Positions 45,029 through 58,077 of a stretch of 64,000 nucleotides of DNA are shown here, in pieces. The stretch lies in NCBI RefSeq assembly GCF_009914755.1, contig NC_060935.1. One strand, written 5' to 3'. The stretch comes from the human T2T-CHM13v2.0 reference genome, Homo sapiens. A program made the position numbers and the translations under genes. The notes beneath the pieces are model-generated. The model searched no databases and had not been told where the DNA came from. It saw only the letters and a program-made list of their open reading frames with translations. Numbering within the stretch: position 1 is the stretch's first letter; each line of letters opens with the position of its first letter.

Positions 45029-45300
45029 GATTGGGCAAGGTGCTTCACAGCTATAATCTAAGCACTTTGGGAGGCTGAAGTGGAAGGATCTCTGGAGCTC
45101 AGGAGTTTGAGACCAGCCTGGGCAACATGGTGAAACCCCATCTCTACAAAAAGTACAAAAAATTAGCTGGTTGTGATGACACACACCTGGGAGGATCACC
45201 TGAGCTTGGCAAGGTCAAGGCTGCAGTGAGCCATGATTCCACCACTGCCCTCCAGCATGGGCAGAGTGAGAACCTGTCTTAAAAAAAGAAAAAGAAAAAA
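45029..45300 (+). mobile_element. AluJ with internal deletion, inserted in a minus-strand MIR
   Basis: GAGCTCAGGAGTTTGAGACCAGCCTGGGCAACATGG. The GTAGTCCCAGCTAC segment is missing. Confidence 0.85.
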
Positions 45301-46499
45301 TAGGCAATAAGAAGGTACTATTATTATCTTCACCAGGCAGATGAGAGCTTTGAGCCACAAAGAAGCTGAGAGACTCACATAAGTTAATAAATTGCCCAAG
45401 TGAATGGACAACAGTAAACTATGGAGACAAAGTTTGTGTCTTACTGCATTTTGTATATGTAATACCTAACTTAGAATGTGCTTGAATACGTGCATGCATA
45501 AATGAATGAATGGATAAACAAATGAAATACAATTCAATTACAATACAATGTGTCGCCTGGATCTTATTCTGCATTTATTCTTAATAAATGCATCAGATGA
45601 TGATTATATCATTATTTTGGCTTAATTGGCTAGAATTTTTACCTGAACTTTGTAATGTGATATATATGTGAAATAACTTTGGGTAAATTGAGCAGATACT
45701 ACACCACTTTTAAAATTGCAAAGTTGAAAATTGCATAATATTTATTATGAATCACCAAGCCCTACCTCATTAAAACTACTAAAGTATCATAATAATAATG
45801 AAAGTCATATGCTGCATTGTTCAAGAGAGCAGAAAGCTTACAAAAAGATGAATGACATAACATAGCAGTAATCTTATACAGGAAACAACACACAATTAGC
45901 TAAAAATTGTATAACGTGGTGCTAAATGGGGCATAGCTGAATACACTGTGCAAGTATTTAATGTGAGAGAAAAAATTATTATGTGAAAGTTGCGGACATT
46001 AAAAACTAATATTTCTACTTAAAATTCCTTTTTCTATCCCTCTGCCACCTAGTAATCTGCCAAGTAGAGGTGTTGGAGAGGAAAAAAAAAAGGTGAGGCA
46101 GTTTGTGCACAGAATTTAATCATAGACAAAAGTGCATTTAGACTTTCTCTGAAATTTCCTTTGTGGGTAATTTTCTTGGTGCTTACAAGAGAAAACAAGT
46201 GACAGACATTGTGAGGGTTGTGGACACATTTGGAATTTAATGTTAGAACATAAAAACTTTGCAATGTCTAATCAACCTGCCAAATATAAGCCTTGTTACT
46301 CAAGAGGTGTCCTGTAGTATCTGTCATTTTTCTATAACGTTATTTGTCTATTTCTTGTGGGCCAAATTTGTAACCTTTATCCCTAAACTGATTAAATAGA
46401 AATGAGAACTTAAAAATAGCAGGATTTAAGCATAATAAGTGGAAACAAAATTTTACTCATTTGCACACACGGTCTAAATAATTAATGCTAGTTTCTCCA

Positions 46500-46880
46500 T
46501 GGTGTAATGAATATTTATTTGTTGCTTCCATCATATTCATTCTTCCTTACTTATCTCACCAAGAGGACCATGGTTTCTCTTTTGGATGTACCCCTTTCTT
46601 TATCTGCCAATTGGCTTAGGTAGAATTAACTCCAATCATGTTCCAGGAGTAGGCAATGATTAGCCTGCACAATTGTATTCTATTTCTTCACCCTAGCCTG
46701 GGGTTATATACAAATCACAGCCCATGTGTTGTGAGATGTTTGTTTAGACTTCAGAGAAAATAGAACTTTGTCTGTAGATACCATAATTAGAGCAATTGGA
46801 TTTTTTGAGCCAATAAATTATCTTTATTTTTTAAGCCAATTTTAGTTCAGACTTTTACTTGAAACATAGATTTCCGGATG
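46500..46880 (+). mobile_element. LTR33/LTR16-like ERVL LTR fragment
   Basis: 3' end TGAGCCAATAAATT...TTAAGCCAATTTTAGTT...TTACTTGAAAC. Confidence 0.45.
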
Positions 46881-47264
46881 ACAGCTATGGGCAATCTGAA
46901 TGAATGTCATATACAAAGAACAGAAAACTAGTTAATAGGAACCTAAGTGAAGATCACATATTAGGTGAAAAGCAGCTTGATATTTTAAATTCTGATTATT
47001 AACTCAGAAATATATCAATTTAATTAGATTACATGTAGTATAGTATATAGATGCCTTAATATTATAGAAGGAAACACTAGTGGTCTACCCTGGCATTGAA
47101 TGAAATAACTTTTTGTCTTAAGTTTGCAGGACACCCTTCCCTTTATTTAGATATACACATTTTGTGAGTCATCTTACACCTGTGTAATAATCTGTATGTT
47201 TCCACATGATTTTTCTCTCTAAAACAGATACAACAGGAATGATAGAATCTCTGGCTAGTTGTCT

Positions 47265-47770
47265 TTGTTAGTTAAGAAATTTTGGCTGCAAGTAAAAGAA
47301 ATCAAATTCAAAATAGATTTATTATGTTATATAACAGATTGGATGTTTCCAGGTTTGAGTTATTCACTGGCTCAATTGTATGATAAGTGACCCAAGTCTT
47401 CTTATTTTTTCTTTCTGCCAGCTTCAGAGTGTTGGCTTTTCTTAGGTTTGCTTCTCTCATGGCCCCAGTATGGCTTGTGGCAATTCCAAGTATCTTGTGC
47501 AGACGATTTCACCCAGAGACCGGAGTGGAAGTTTCTCTTTATGAATCTCTTTTTAAAAGTCGAGAAAACTCTAACCTCTTAGTAGAATCACATTGTGCAA
47601 AATGACATCGCATACTTGTTTCTAAACCAATCACTGGAGAGAAAAAATAAATTATCTTGATTGGCATAAACACACATTCACTCTCCACTTCTGAGAAGGA
47701 GAAGGCTGAGAAGAAGCTTCTTCCCTTATTAGTGGCTGAATGGAAAGGAACTGATTTTATAGAATTAGAA
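47265..47770 (-). mobile_element. Old MLT1 (J/K/L-type) MaLR LTR
   Basis: TTGGCTGCAAGTAAAAGAAATCAAATTCAAA...TCTAAACCAATCACTGG. Confidence 0.55.
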
Positions 47771-48999
47771 TTCTGCCTGTAGGGAACATGGAGAGATAGA
47801 GAAAATAGATTTGTGTGTTTGTATTGGGGGTTTTGGCCTACTTGGTAGAGATAATTTGAACCTAATTTCTCTCCAATTCTATGGGAACAGCCTAAGTCTA
47901 ATTTCCTTTGGTAAATGCCTGTCACTTGCCTCTGAAACAGAAAAGAAGCAAGCTTTTTGGGATAGGTTTGTTACACACCTGTACTTTCCTGGGAAACACA
48001 AAAATGCAATGCTGCCAGAGTATTTGTGGCTTTAATGCAACCATACTCTAACTTAGCTTCTTTTGGATGGATTGACAGAAATGGTGCTAGAGGCTTAGCC
48101 TGAGAAATCATGATTAATCAATTGATTAGCAAATAGCAAATTCCATTTTGCAACTGGCCAATTACCTGACCCAACAAATTCCTGCATATTTCCTTATCTC
48201 TCCTGATGAATGGGGCAGTTATTTGCATATATAAATATAATTAACTTGTGTTTGAATCATTGTGCCTCCTTTGCTAGGCAGCACTCACAAATTAGATATT
48301 TCTCAGAAGCTTGTTGAAGCTTAGAAAACATTGTGCTAACACTTTAAAAATACTGAATGAGAATTTATCTAAATAAAATATGATTCAATTTTATTATACC
48401 TATTGATATTTCTTGTCCTTGGTTGGAAAATGGCTATGCCCCCCAAGGTAATTTTAAGGGGAAGAGATTACAAACCCTATTAAATATAGCCTGTCCTTGG
48501 CATTCTTATGGCTGTCATATATTATAGTAGGAATATTTCTCAAGTAAATGTAGTTAAGATCAGATTTTTATCAATATGTATGCACTTAAAACAAAATTGA
48601 CTTGGTATTCTGGCTGCAGATTTTGCTGATGTACCTGGAATAATTATATCTACTTGTTTATTCAATTTTAAATTTGATTAGAAAGTGCCTAATATTCCCC
48701 TTTCAAACTTGCAGGGTTATATCCTAAGTTCTTTCAGAGAAGTAGTAGATAAAGGACAGTGAACTAGCCTTAAGTAATTCACCTGGTTAGGTTTGTTGAG
48801 TGTAGAGGGCCAAGGGATGTCCTTTCACCTACGCAACTCCTGTTCACAGGAACTAGGCTACTTGCTGCTTATAGAAATTGACCAGTGGAAAAGAAATCTA
48901 TATTCAAAATGCTGTACATCTTTATTTTGTGTCTTCTTGACTCCTTTTTGTGACCCTTAATGCTCGTATTTACCCTATTTTGAATTGCGTGATCAAGAA

Positions 49000-49165
49000 C
49001 AGATCTTTACAAACTTTGGTGTGTATACAAATCCCTTGATGATTTTGCTGAAACGAATTCTAATTCAGTAGGTCTTGATGTGTCCCGAGAGTCTGCATTT
49101 CTAACAAGCTCCCAGATATTGCTGGCGATGCTGGTCCATGTATTATACTTTGAGTAGCAAGGAGC
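49000..49165. mobile_element. MER5A/B hAT-Charlie MITE
   Basis: TTCTAATTCAGTAGGTCT...TCTGCATTTCTAACAAGCTCCCAG...GATGCTGGTCC...ACTTTGAGTAGCAAGG. Confidence 0.8.
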
Positions 49166-49544
49166 TAGCATTCCCTTACCGTTCTTTTTTTCATTTAGTT
49201 CTAATAGTTCCTCTTACCACTCCCTCAAAGTCTTGGTGAATGAGTAATTATTATTTTAGGCATTAGAGGTGGAGCTTAATTAATGCTTTGATTTATTGAG
49301 CTTTTCTGTATTTTTATTTGGCAGTGATTTATGTATAGTTAGATATAGAGACTTATTTTTGCCCAGTAAAGCACTGTTACTAAATGTTTGTTCATATCCT
49401 GTTGTTTACTCTTTTCCCCAAAAAGAAACAATCCAAACAACAAAGAATAAAAAGGATATTATAAATGGAGAGTGTAGACACTGTGTTGTAGTAACTCTCA
49501 ATCCTGTTTTGTGCTCTAGAGAAATTAAAAATAAGACTTCTAAA

Positions 49545-49655
49545 TAAAATACAGGATGTCCTCTTAAATTTGAATTTTAGAGAAGCAATGATGGGACATA
49601 TTAGGATGTCCCATACAATATTTGGGACATATTATATCATTTGTTTGTTGGTAAC
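49545..49655. mobile_element. MER53 fragment
   Basis: TAAAATACAGGATGTCC..TTAAATTTGAATTT..ATGTCCCATACAATATTTGGGACATA. Confidence 0.65.
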
Positions 49656-50126
49656 AATAACTAGATTGCATTAATTGGCTTAAACTCATTTGGTCCAACT
49701 CAAAATCTAAATCATCTTCATCTAAGCCTAGAATGTGGGCTGCTTGAAACATGGAAACTTCAATTGGCTGTCACGTGAATCCTTAACTTTCAAGGAGCAC
49801 GTTTCTGTTCTCTCAAGGCAAACAAATGAATTTAACAATTTCCTCTTTTACTTGTCCTCCAGTTCCTCGGGACTTAATTTGTGGTTGAAACAAATTCTCA
49901 GTTGAAACAGTGATATATATCAAATCCTCCTAGGATTAGCTATATCTACATATACTCTGGGCTATGACTTAAACTTCCACAATAGGAGAATCCAAGTATT
50001 TGGGGGAAATTCATAAGCTCCTTGTAGTGTTTAGAGAAATCTTTAAAAAATTATCTACTTGTCTCTGATTTTTTTTTCCCTCAGAAACATCTATGAGTTT
50101 CAAGAGTATGTGTGGAATTTTGACAC

Positions 50127-50557
50127 TTGGAGAAATAACTTTTCATTTACCCACCTAGGTCCAAGTGTTTGGGGGATGTGAATTAACTGATAATAGACAG
50201 ATTCACAGGAGAAAAATGCATTACCTATGTTGGAGTATTTGTCAGCAAGTAACTGGAAGAATAGCCTAAGGTAAGAGTTTATATATTAGTTTCACAAAAG
50301 GGGATAGAGTTAGGACTTCAACTGGAAATTACTAAAGTTCTCTTGGGCCTTTTCATCCTGATGTTAAGGGTAGTCTCCCTAGCTAGATGCTCCCCTAGAG
50401 CTGGACAGGTGAATTACAACATGCTAGGGATCAATCTTCTTCCAAACTGGAAACTTCCTTATAGGAGTGGCATTAATGGTAGCAGTATTTTAAGGAGAAT
50501 CTGCCTTGGTCAAATACGGGAAGCAGCTGAGATAAGATTTGTCTTCTAATCCCTTCA
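50127..50557 (-). mobile_element. Old ERV1 LTR (MER34/MER90-like group)
   Basis: AATTAACTGATAATAGACAGATTCACAGGAGAAAA, ending ...TAATCCCTTCA (reverse complement TGAAGGGATTA). Family uncertain. Confidence 0.5.
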
Positions 50558-51339
50558 GTGATCTTCCACTATGAGCAACTCATAAAGGTTATAGGATGAT
50601 GATAAAAAAATATTTTAGGCTTTGAATCTTAGTAAGTAAAGAAAGAATTCCAGAAGTTTGTCATTATGTAGTATCAAAGACACTGTGTGGAACATAACTT
50701 TACGGAAGAATTATAGGACAAAGAAAAGGTTGGAAGAAAATGTTTTCTCTCTTCACTTCAGTGTGAATTCATGAGGCTTTAAGGGAGCATAGCAGGTGTG
50801 AGGGACTAGATAATGGATATATTTTGAATGAAAACCCAGATGGCCCTAAATAGACACTTACAGCTGTATGCTATTTTATTTCTATCTCTAACATTCCATG
50901 GTTTTCAGCACTTAGAATTTATGAAGTTAAGTAGATTAACACATAGTTATTTCATCTATAATTAAATTTGAATGGAGATTCCTTCTAATTATAAGGATCC
51001 TCAGGTATTAAGGAATATCGGAGGCAAGAAGGAGTAGAAAAAGACTTGGGTATAAAATTTAACTTAAAACATTTTTTTCTTTTAAAATATAGTTTATTTA
51101 TTCTTCATTGCCTTGCACCAAACTCCTAGGAGAAGCTTTGGCAACAATTATGAAGCAATACATACTATTCCCAGTACCACTGTGTTATCATAAAAAAGAT
51201 TCTTTGTTTATAATGTAAGCTAGTACTTTCACATAAATGCTCGCTCTTCCCTAGTAGCATAAAAATATGTTTTAGCATATTTCTTGTAGCATGTAGATGA
51301 TATTGGAGGAGCATAAATGAGCAAGGATGTCTTGGAAGC

Positions 51340-52125
51340 ATAGGGGAGGAAAGGTATCTTGCTCTTCTACCACTTTTAGGTTTGTTGACTGGGGCCTTTA
51401 TAACAAAAGAAAAATTAATAAGAAAAAGCATGCACGTTTATGTAATTCAAGTTTTACCTGACATGGGAGCTGATATGGTTTGGTTCTTTCTCCCTACTTA
51501 AATCTCATGTTGAATCGTAAACCCCAGTGTTGGAGGAGGGGCCTGGTGGGAGGAGATTGGATAATGGGGGCAGAGTTCTCATGAACGATTTAGTACCATC
51601 CTCCCTTGGTACTGTATAGTGAGTGAGTTCTCACAAGATCTGGTTGTTTAAAAGTGTGTGGCACCTCTCCCTTCCCTCTCTTTCTCCTGTCCAGCCATGT
51701 AAGACATGCTTGCTTCTCCTTCACCTTCCACCTTGATTATAAGTGTCCTAAGGAAATCCCCAGAAGCAGAAGCTGCTATGCTTCCTGTAGAGCTTGCAGA
51801 ACAATGAGTCAATTAAGCCAGTTTTCTTTTAAATTACCCAGTCTCAGGTATTTCTTTATAGCAATATGAGAACAGCTTAATACAGGAGCCTTCATCAGGA
51901 AATAAAGACCTGAAGAAGCACTTGAACCTTAGTGTTTTTATGCTAGGTTTTCTGAAGAGTGGAGAGTCATGGAGAAATCACAGCAAAAAGGGTTTGAGTT
52001 AAATGAAATAAAATGGAGAAACTTAGCAACATCTGTTTGTTCAGATTTCTCTCTGTGTTCTGTTAATCTTCAGGATGAAGAGAAGGACACTCCTCTTCTC
52101 TAGGTTTAGAGAGGACCCTTCCCCG
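51340..52125 (-). mobile_element. MER34B/C-like ERV1 LTR split by MSTA
   Basis: TAACAAAAGAAAAATTAATAAGAAAAAGCAT...GACATGGGAGC | CTTCATCAGGAAATAAAGACC...TGTTTGTTCAGATTTCTC. Confidence 0.65.
51471..51884 (+). mobile_element. MSTA MaLR solo LTR
   Basis: TGATATGGTTTGG...TAATACA, with a perfect 5-bp TSD GGAGC at 51466-51470 and 51885-51889. Confidence 0.9.
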
Positions 52126-52614
52126 AAGTGAAGAGAGAAAATTAATAAGTGTATTAATCAGGAATCATTTTGTCTGTTATAGTGCTATTGATTCATTTAA
52201 ATGTGTTCTGTCTTGATTACACTACATGTAGCTGTGAATAAACATAGTTTCTCATTTCAAATGATTTTGCCTCATATAACAAGAAATCAGGATTACATGC
52301 TGACAAGAATAGTTTATTATTTCTTAAGCTAACCCATGGTTATGGTCCACAGAGCAAGAGTGAACAGAACACTGACTAATGGAATTGCTAATGGTTCCTT
52401 CCTACTGAGGCCATTAATCATAACAAAGGTAAGTATATTGTCTACCATTGCTTTATTAAGCAATTGCTGCTGGGTCTTATTTACTTCATTTCATTTGTAG
52501 ACACATCGGACTTCTGGGTCTCGCTGTTGTAACGAGAACCTGGAATAGCTGTGAGAAGAGTCTGCTTTATCAGGTTTTCTTCTTTTACTTTAAGTGTCTT
52601 TCTGATTTTTCATT

Positions 52615-52787
52615 CTGAAAGGCATGTGTTATATAGAGTAGCCCACTGCCACGATTCAGGAGTTTTAAAAACTACTGAGGCCATTCGTAGAGATTCCAAT
52701 TTAATTGAATTAGGGTACAACCAAGAATCAGAACTATTGAAAGTTCCCCAAGTGATTCTAGTGGTACAGCTGAAGTTGAGAATCAAT
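52615..52787. mobile_element. MER5A1-like MITE
   Basis: AGAGATTCCAATTTAATTG...AAAGTTCCCCAAGTGATTCTA...GTTGAGAATCA. Confidence 0.6.
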
Positions 52788-52788
52788 T

Positions 52789-53395
52789 TGTAACTGTCCG
52801 AGGCGTTCTTCCTTCTCACTGCATAAAGAAAGACCACAGCATTGCAGTAAAGAAAGAGTTTAATAGACACAAGGCTGGCCACACCGTGTGGGAGTTGGAG
52901 TTAGTACTCAAATTATATCCTTTGAAGCTAGTAGGTTAAGGATTATTCAAAGGCATAGCAGGTTGAAGCTGTCCTTCTGTGGGCTGAATTACCTCTGAGT
53001 GGGGCTGCAGGAGTGTGGTTGGCAGGTCCAGGTAGAACTGTGGATGTCAGACATTCGAAAAACCTGAAAAGCCATCTCAAAAGGCCAATCTGCAAGAGTG
53101 GTGTTGTTTGAAGGAGTAATTGGGGAAATTGCATATCTTATAACCTCTGGGATAGTTGCTGGCAATCACTTATGTCTGCGCCTTAGCAGGACATAGGCTT
53201 CTTTTCTCCAAGACTGGTGGCCTCCCATTAGCTTTATAAAGGCAGTTGAGTTTTGGGGGAGGCCTATTTTGTCTCTCGAACTTAGCCCAATAGCCCAGGA
53301 ATAATTAAGGGAAAGGCAAGATGGTAGGTGGATTAGTTCACATCTCTTTCATTATCATAATTTTCTCAATGATATAATTTTTGCAAAGGCGGTCA
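52789..53395 (-). mobile_element. LTR8 (LTR8A/B-like) ERV1 solo LTR
   Basis: The reverse complement starts TGACCGCCTTTGCAAAAATTATATCATTGAGAAAATTATGAT and ends GGACAGTTACA. Flanks AATT/ACTT (3/4). Confidence 0.8.
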
Positions 53396-53543
53396 ACTTG
53401 ATGGTTAAGAACACAGGCTCTGAAAAATCTATTTAACCTTTCACCTACCCAGTTTCCTCTGCTGTTAAATGGGGAAAATAATTATAAAAACTAATTTATA
53501 GGCTATGGGAGGATTTAGTGAGTTACTATATGTAAAGCACTTA

Positions 53544-54266
53544 TATTTTTGGTGGTGGGTATTCAAGTTACTGGCAACAAATCTGTACAGTTCTACAGCA
53601 AGCTCAATTCTTGTGTCCCTAGAAGAAAGAATTCAACTGAGGACAAAAGGCAGAAGGAGAGATCAAGACAAGGTTTAGAGTAAGAGTGAAAGTTTATTAA
53701 AAAGCTTTAGAGCAGGAATGAAGAGAAAGTAAAGTACACTTGGAAGAGGGCCAAGTGGGCATCTTGGAGGACAAATGTAGGGTTTCCCCTTTTGACTTGT
53801 GGTTTTATATGTTGGCATACATCTGGAATCTTGCATCCCTTTTCCCTTGATTTTTCCCTTTCAGTGGGCTGCCTACATGTGCAGTGGCCTGCTATCACTT
53901 GGGAGGTGAGCATGCGCAGTGTGTTTACTGGAGTTTTATGCATGCTCACCTGATGCATTCTTCCCTTTACTAGTGGGATGTCTTTGAAAAGTCATATACC
54001 AGTTAAACTCTGCCATTTTGCCTCTCAATGCACATGCTTGAGCCCACTTGCCCTACTCCTGAGATCTTATTGGGAAGCTGCTGATCACCAGTTTCAGGTA
54101 GGTGTTTCTATCTATTGGGAAACTGCCTTTCTCTGATGTTGGCTGTGACCGTTATTATTTTAGAGAGACAGCTAACAACCACCTAACCAGTACCTGATGG
54201 TCGCCTGAAATTCCTGGTAGGTGGGTCCTCTCCTGCCCTGCTCACATCTGCCTATCTACTGTAACA
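53544..54266 (-). mobile_element. MER50 ERV1 solo LTR inserted in a MIR
   Basis: The reverse complement starts TGTTACAGTAGATAGGCAGATGTGAGCAGGGCAGGAGAGG. Perfect TSD CTTA at 53540-53543 and 54267-54270. Confidence 0.85.
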
Positions 54267-54513
54267 CTTAGATCTTTGTCTAGCACATAAGTGTAGACAA
54301 CTGTAGTTGTTTGGTAGATAAATCCATTGTAATAGTAGCCAACCTTCATTGAACATGTACTATGAGCTGAGCATCATTCTCAGTGCTTTTTATTGTTTTA
54401 TTTAACCTTTATTACAATCTTATGAGAATGATACTGTTATTATTCCCATTTTACAAACAAGGAGACTGAAGCACTGAACTTCATGGAATTTTTCCTAAGG
54501 CCTAAAACTTCTT

Positions 54514-54595
54514 CTTTTTTTTTTTTTTTTGAGACGAAGTCTCACTCTGTCGCCCAGGCTGGAGTGCAGTGGCATGATCTCGGCTCACTGCAAGC
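54514..54595 (-). mobile_element. 5'-truncated Alu (~80 bp, Y-like)
   Basis: T-tail plus GAGACGAAGTCTCACTCTGTCGCCCAGG...CTGCAAGC, flanked by TSD AGGCCTAA(A/G)ACTTCT. Confidence 0.9.
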
Positions 54596-55544
54596 CCTAG
54601 GCCTAAGACTTCTAAGTATTTCACAAAGATGCAATCTCAGGTGGTCTGAATTCAAAGCACATAATGAAAGCCATAAGTTGAAATGAAAATAAAATGTGCT
54701 CTGATAAGTATTAGGAAGTTAAATATTTCAAATATAATAAAATAAAAAATTAATATCAAGATTTTCTCTAAATGTGCCAAATAATGGCCATGTCTGTGTA
54801 TAAGTGCCTCATTTACCTTATCTTTCTTGCCATGAAACAAGAATTTGCAAAATACTTATTGGCTTTTCACAGACAATTTCTTTCCAGACAATTGACTATA
54901 TGTATTTACCATATTCCCACTTTCTCTTCCTTCTGTTATATTACTAGGGATATTTGCATGAAAATAATACTTCTTTTGAGATGAAGGTTTATTTTTTACC
55001 TTCCTTTTCTGAAGACATAATGATTTCTACAGTTGTGAGAATCCAAATAGAGGATTACATTTTTCTAGTTAGTAACAATACCAGAAATATTTATGATAAC
55101 GTTTCTCTGCAAATGTTCATCCTCATATTTAAAGAAGGATAGTCCTGTGGAGTGGAGGAGGAGATGTTTATCACATTCTCTAGCTAAAGTGCTATTGTAA
55201 CTGCTCTAGGCATATTTTCCAGGGACTGAAGCATTTATTTAAATTTGCCTAGGTTTCAGTCACAGCTCTGTCATTCCCTGTGTTTCATATTCAGTTTAGA
55301 GTAAGCACTTTTTGAAACTATTCCACTACATTTGGCTTGTTGGTTATGTTTGGGTCTCTGGCCAACACTCTCCCTTTCTACAGCTGTAATGATTTATTGA
55401 CAATTTTTTTCCTCTTTGCCTGTGATCAAATTTTCAAAATCCCTATCTCAACAAATTTAAAGGAGTCTTAAAGCATTCTGATGCTCTTCAGGTTAGAGTT
55501 GGTCCTTGAATGGTGAACATTTATTTGACTTGTACACTTAGCAC

Positions 55545-55849
55545 TTTTTTTTTTTTGTGGGGAGGGGCTGTGTCTCACTCTGTCATCCTCTGTCATCCAG
55601 GCTTGCGGGCAGTGGCACGATCAGCTTACTGTAACCTCAAACTCTTGGATTCAAGTGATCCTCCTGCCTCAGTCTCCTGCATAGCTGAGACTATAGGCAC
55701 ATGCCACCAGACCCAGCTAATTTTATTTTATATCTCATACAGATGGAGTCTTGCTTTGTTGCATGGGCTGGTCTTGAACTCCTGCCCCTCAAGTGATCCT
55801 CCTACCTAAACCTCCCAAAGTGGTGGTATTACAGGCCATCATGCCTGGC
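55545..55849 (-). mobile_element. AluJ (Jo-like)
   Basis: Diverged dimer with a local 10-bp duplication CTCTGTCATC. Confidence 0.85.
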
Positions 55850-57761
55850 ATTTTCATTTTCTATATTGAAACTTTTTGACTTTTATGTATTGACTCATGC
55901 AAAATAGATCAATTGTTCAATTTCAGCTGTGTTGGTTACATTACATTAATGTTTATTGCATCTTGCTTTGTTTTATTAAAGTGAAGGGAAAATGGAAAAG
56001 AAAATCAAACAGCTAATATTAACAGTACTATGATTGAAATAAAGAAGGAAAACATTGGGCATGTTGAATGTGGTGGATGTTAGCTTTAATCTTATGTGAA
56101 ATCTTTATGTGAAAAAAACCATAAAATAAAAAGAACCATTTGAAATACTGGAAATATATAAAAAGATCTTGCCAAAAACTGATGGGGGTTGCATACTGAT
56201 CTTCAGGCCATTTGGCACAGAGCTCTTCCTACCTGAGTGTAATCTTACGGATTGTTTCTTGAGCAGTTGCACATTTGGTTTGTGTACATTTTCACGAGGT
56301 AAAAAAAAACAACATCTAGGAGAGAGTACAGCTCTTAATACAAATTTACTGACTTTAGTTGACTGGTACTCAATAACCTGTCCATAAGACAAAAGCCTTT
56401 GAAGTTATTGCACAGAAAAACCCAAAAGATACTTATTAAGCAACAGCTGTGTCCAGAACCTTGATGTCCAGGGTCAACATGTGAATGGGAAGAGTAAGAG
56501 TGGCCGTATAGTTTATTATAAAACAATCTAGATCAGAGATTTCTTTACAAAATGTTACTCAACACTATTTTCTGCCATTGCATATCCTTTCATTCATTTG
56601 CTCTAGTATGGATGCTACAATGAGGACAAAATATTTCCCATAGTGAAACAAATGCAATAATTTTCTCTCAAGACATTTCTATAGTATTTGAACTGATAAA
56701 ATTAAAAATAAAAGACAGAAAACAAACAAAAAATCCCAAACACAAGAAATATTTCTACCAGCCTATAAAACATGTCACTACAATTTTGTTTTTTCCTATC
56801 AAAATTACATAGGGTCATCATAAGAGAAAATTCAAGCTATACACAAAATTATAAAACTAAAAATTGTCTAAAATCTTACCAGTTTTAATATTTGTTTTAT
56901 AGCCTTCCAGATATGTCTCTTTATATACGTGCATATAGAAATACATATTAAAATGTAGATAATAATATTTTTAAAATTAAAATGTTAAGTTTAAGTTTAC
57001 TTGAATTTGGCAGAAAAAAAAGAAATAGCATTGAGATTAATGAAGCTGGGCTAATTTTTCTTTCCAAAAAGATTAATTTTACTAAGTTGTTTTAATCATT
57101 GTGATTTCTAACTACAACTTTTAGCTTGAGGTAGCATCAATGAATTCTTTACTTTGGGAGAAGGAAAATAAGCATTCTCATACTTTCTCCTTTTTCTCCA
57201 CCCCAAACCTTCCAGTATTTATTAGTTATGTTTTAAACTGTTAAAGTTTACAAAATTTACCATCTGTCCTGCAACTACAATTCCCCAGATGTTCAGTCAC
57301 AAGAAAACATTTACTGGATTTAATGTTAACCACCAGACATTTTATTGTAATTTTTATTCCTTACATTTTATTTTTATTGATCCGTTGGTTAGCTGGATTG
57401 TATCAATTTTTTTTCTAAAAAAACAGTTCATGGGTGCTATAGTTCTAGAGTTCTATCATATTTGAGATGCATTGTCTGATACCTTTGTAGTTGAATGATA
57501 AGTTGTGTGGGTAGAATATTTTTGGGTGAGAGGTTTTTTCTCCTCCCAGAAGCTTGTGTTCATAACTCCTTTTTTTTTATATCACTGAATGTGGTTGTAG
57601 AGAAGCCTGAAGCCAGTCTGCTTTCTCTTCTTGCCAGTAATTTGCTTTCCTTGCTTATGCTCTTGAAGAATCATGTCCTTTATTTATGAAGTTTGATAAT
57701 GCACCTAGTATATATTTTATGTGTGTTAATTACCAATTATTTTTCAATTATATTGCATATT

Positions 57762-58077
57762 CTTTATTTTTGGAAATAGGGTCTCATTCTATCGCCCTGG
57801 CTGGAGTGCAGTGGTGTCATCATAGGACTCGATGCAGCCTTGACCTCCTATGCTTAAACAGTCCTCCCTCAGCCTCCCAAGTAGCTGGAACTACCAGCAT
57901 GCAATGCCACACCTGGATAATTAAAATCAATGTTTTTTTTTTTTTTTTTTTTTTTTTAGTAGAGATTGGGTCTTGCTATGTTGACTAGTCTGGTCTCAAA
58001 CACCTGGCCTAAAGTGATTCTCCAGCCTTGGGCTTTCAAAATACTGGGATTACAGACATGAGCCACTGCACCTGGCC
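57762..58077 (-). mobile_element. AluJ
   Basis: AGGGTCTCATTCTATCGCCCTGGCTGGAGTGCAGTGG...GGGTCTTGCTATGTTG...GAGCCACTGCACCTGGCC. Confidence 0.9.

Noticed and set aside
56105-56526. Short ORFs in apparently unique sequence
   Set aside because: No recognisable protein similarity and no convincing splice-site pair.
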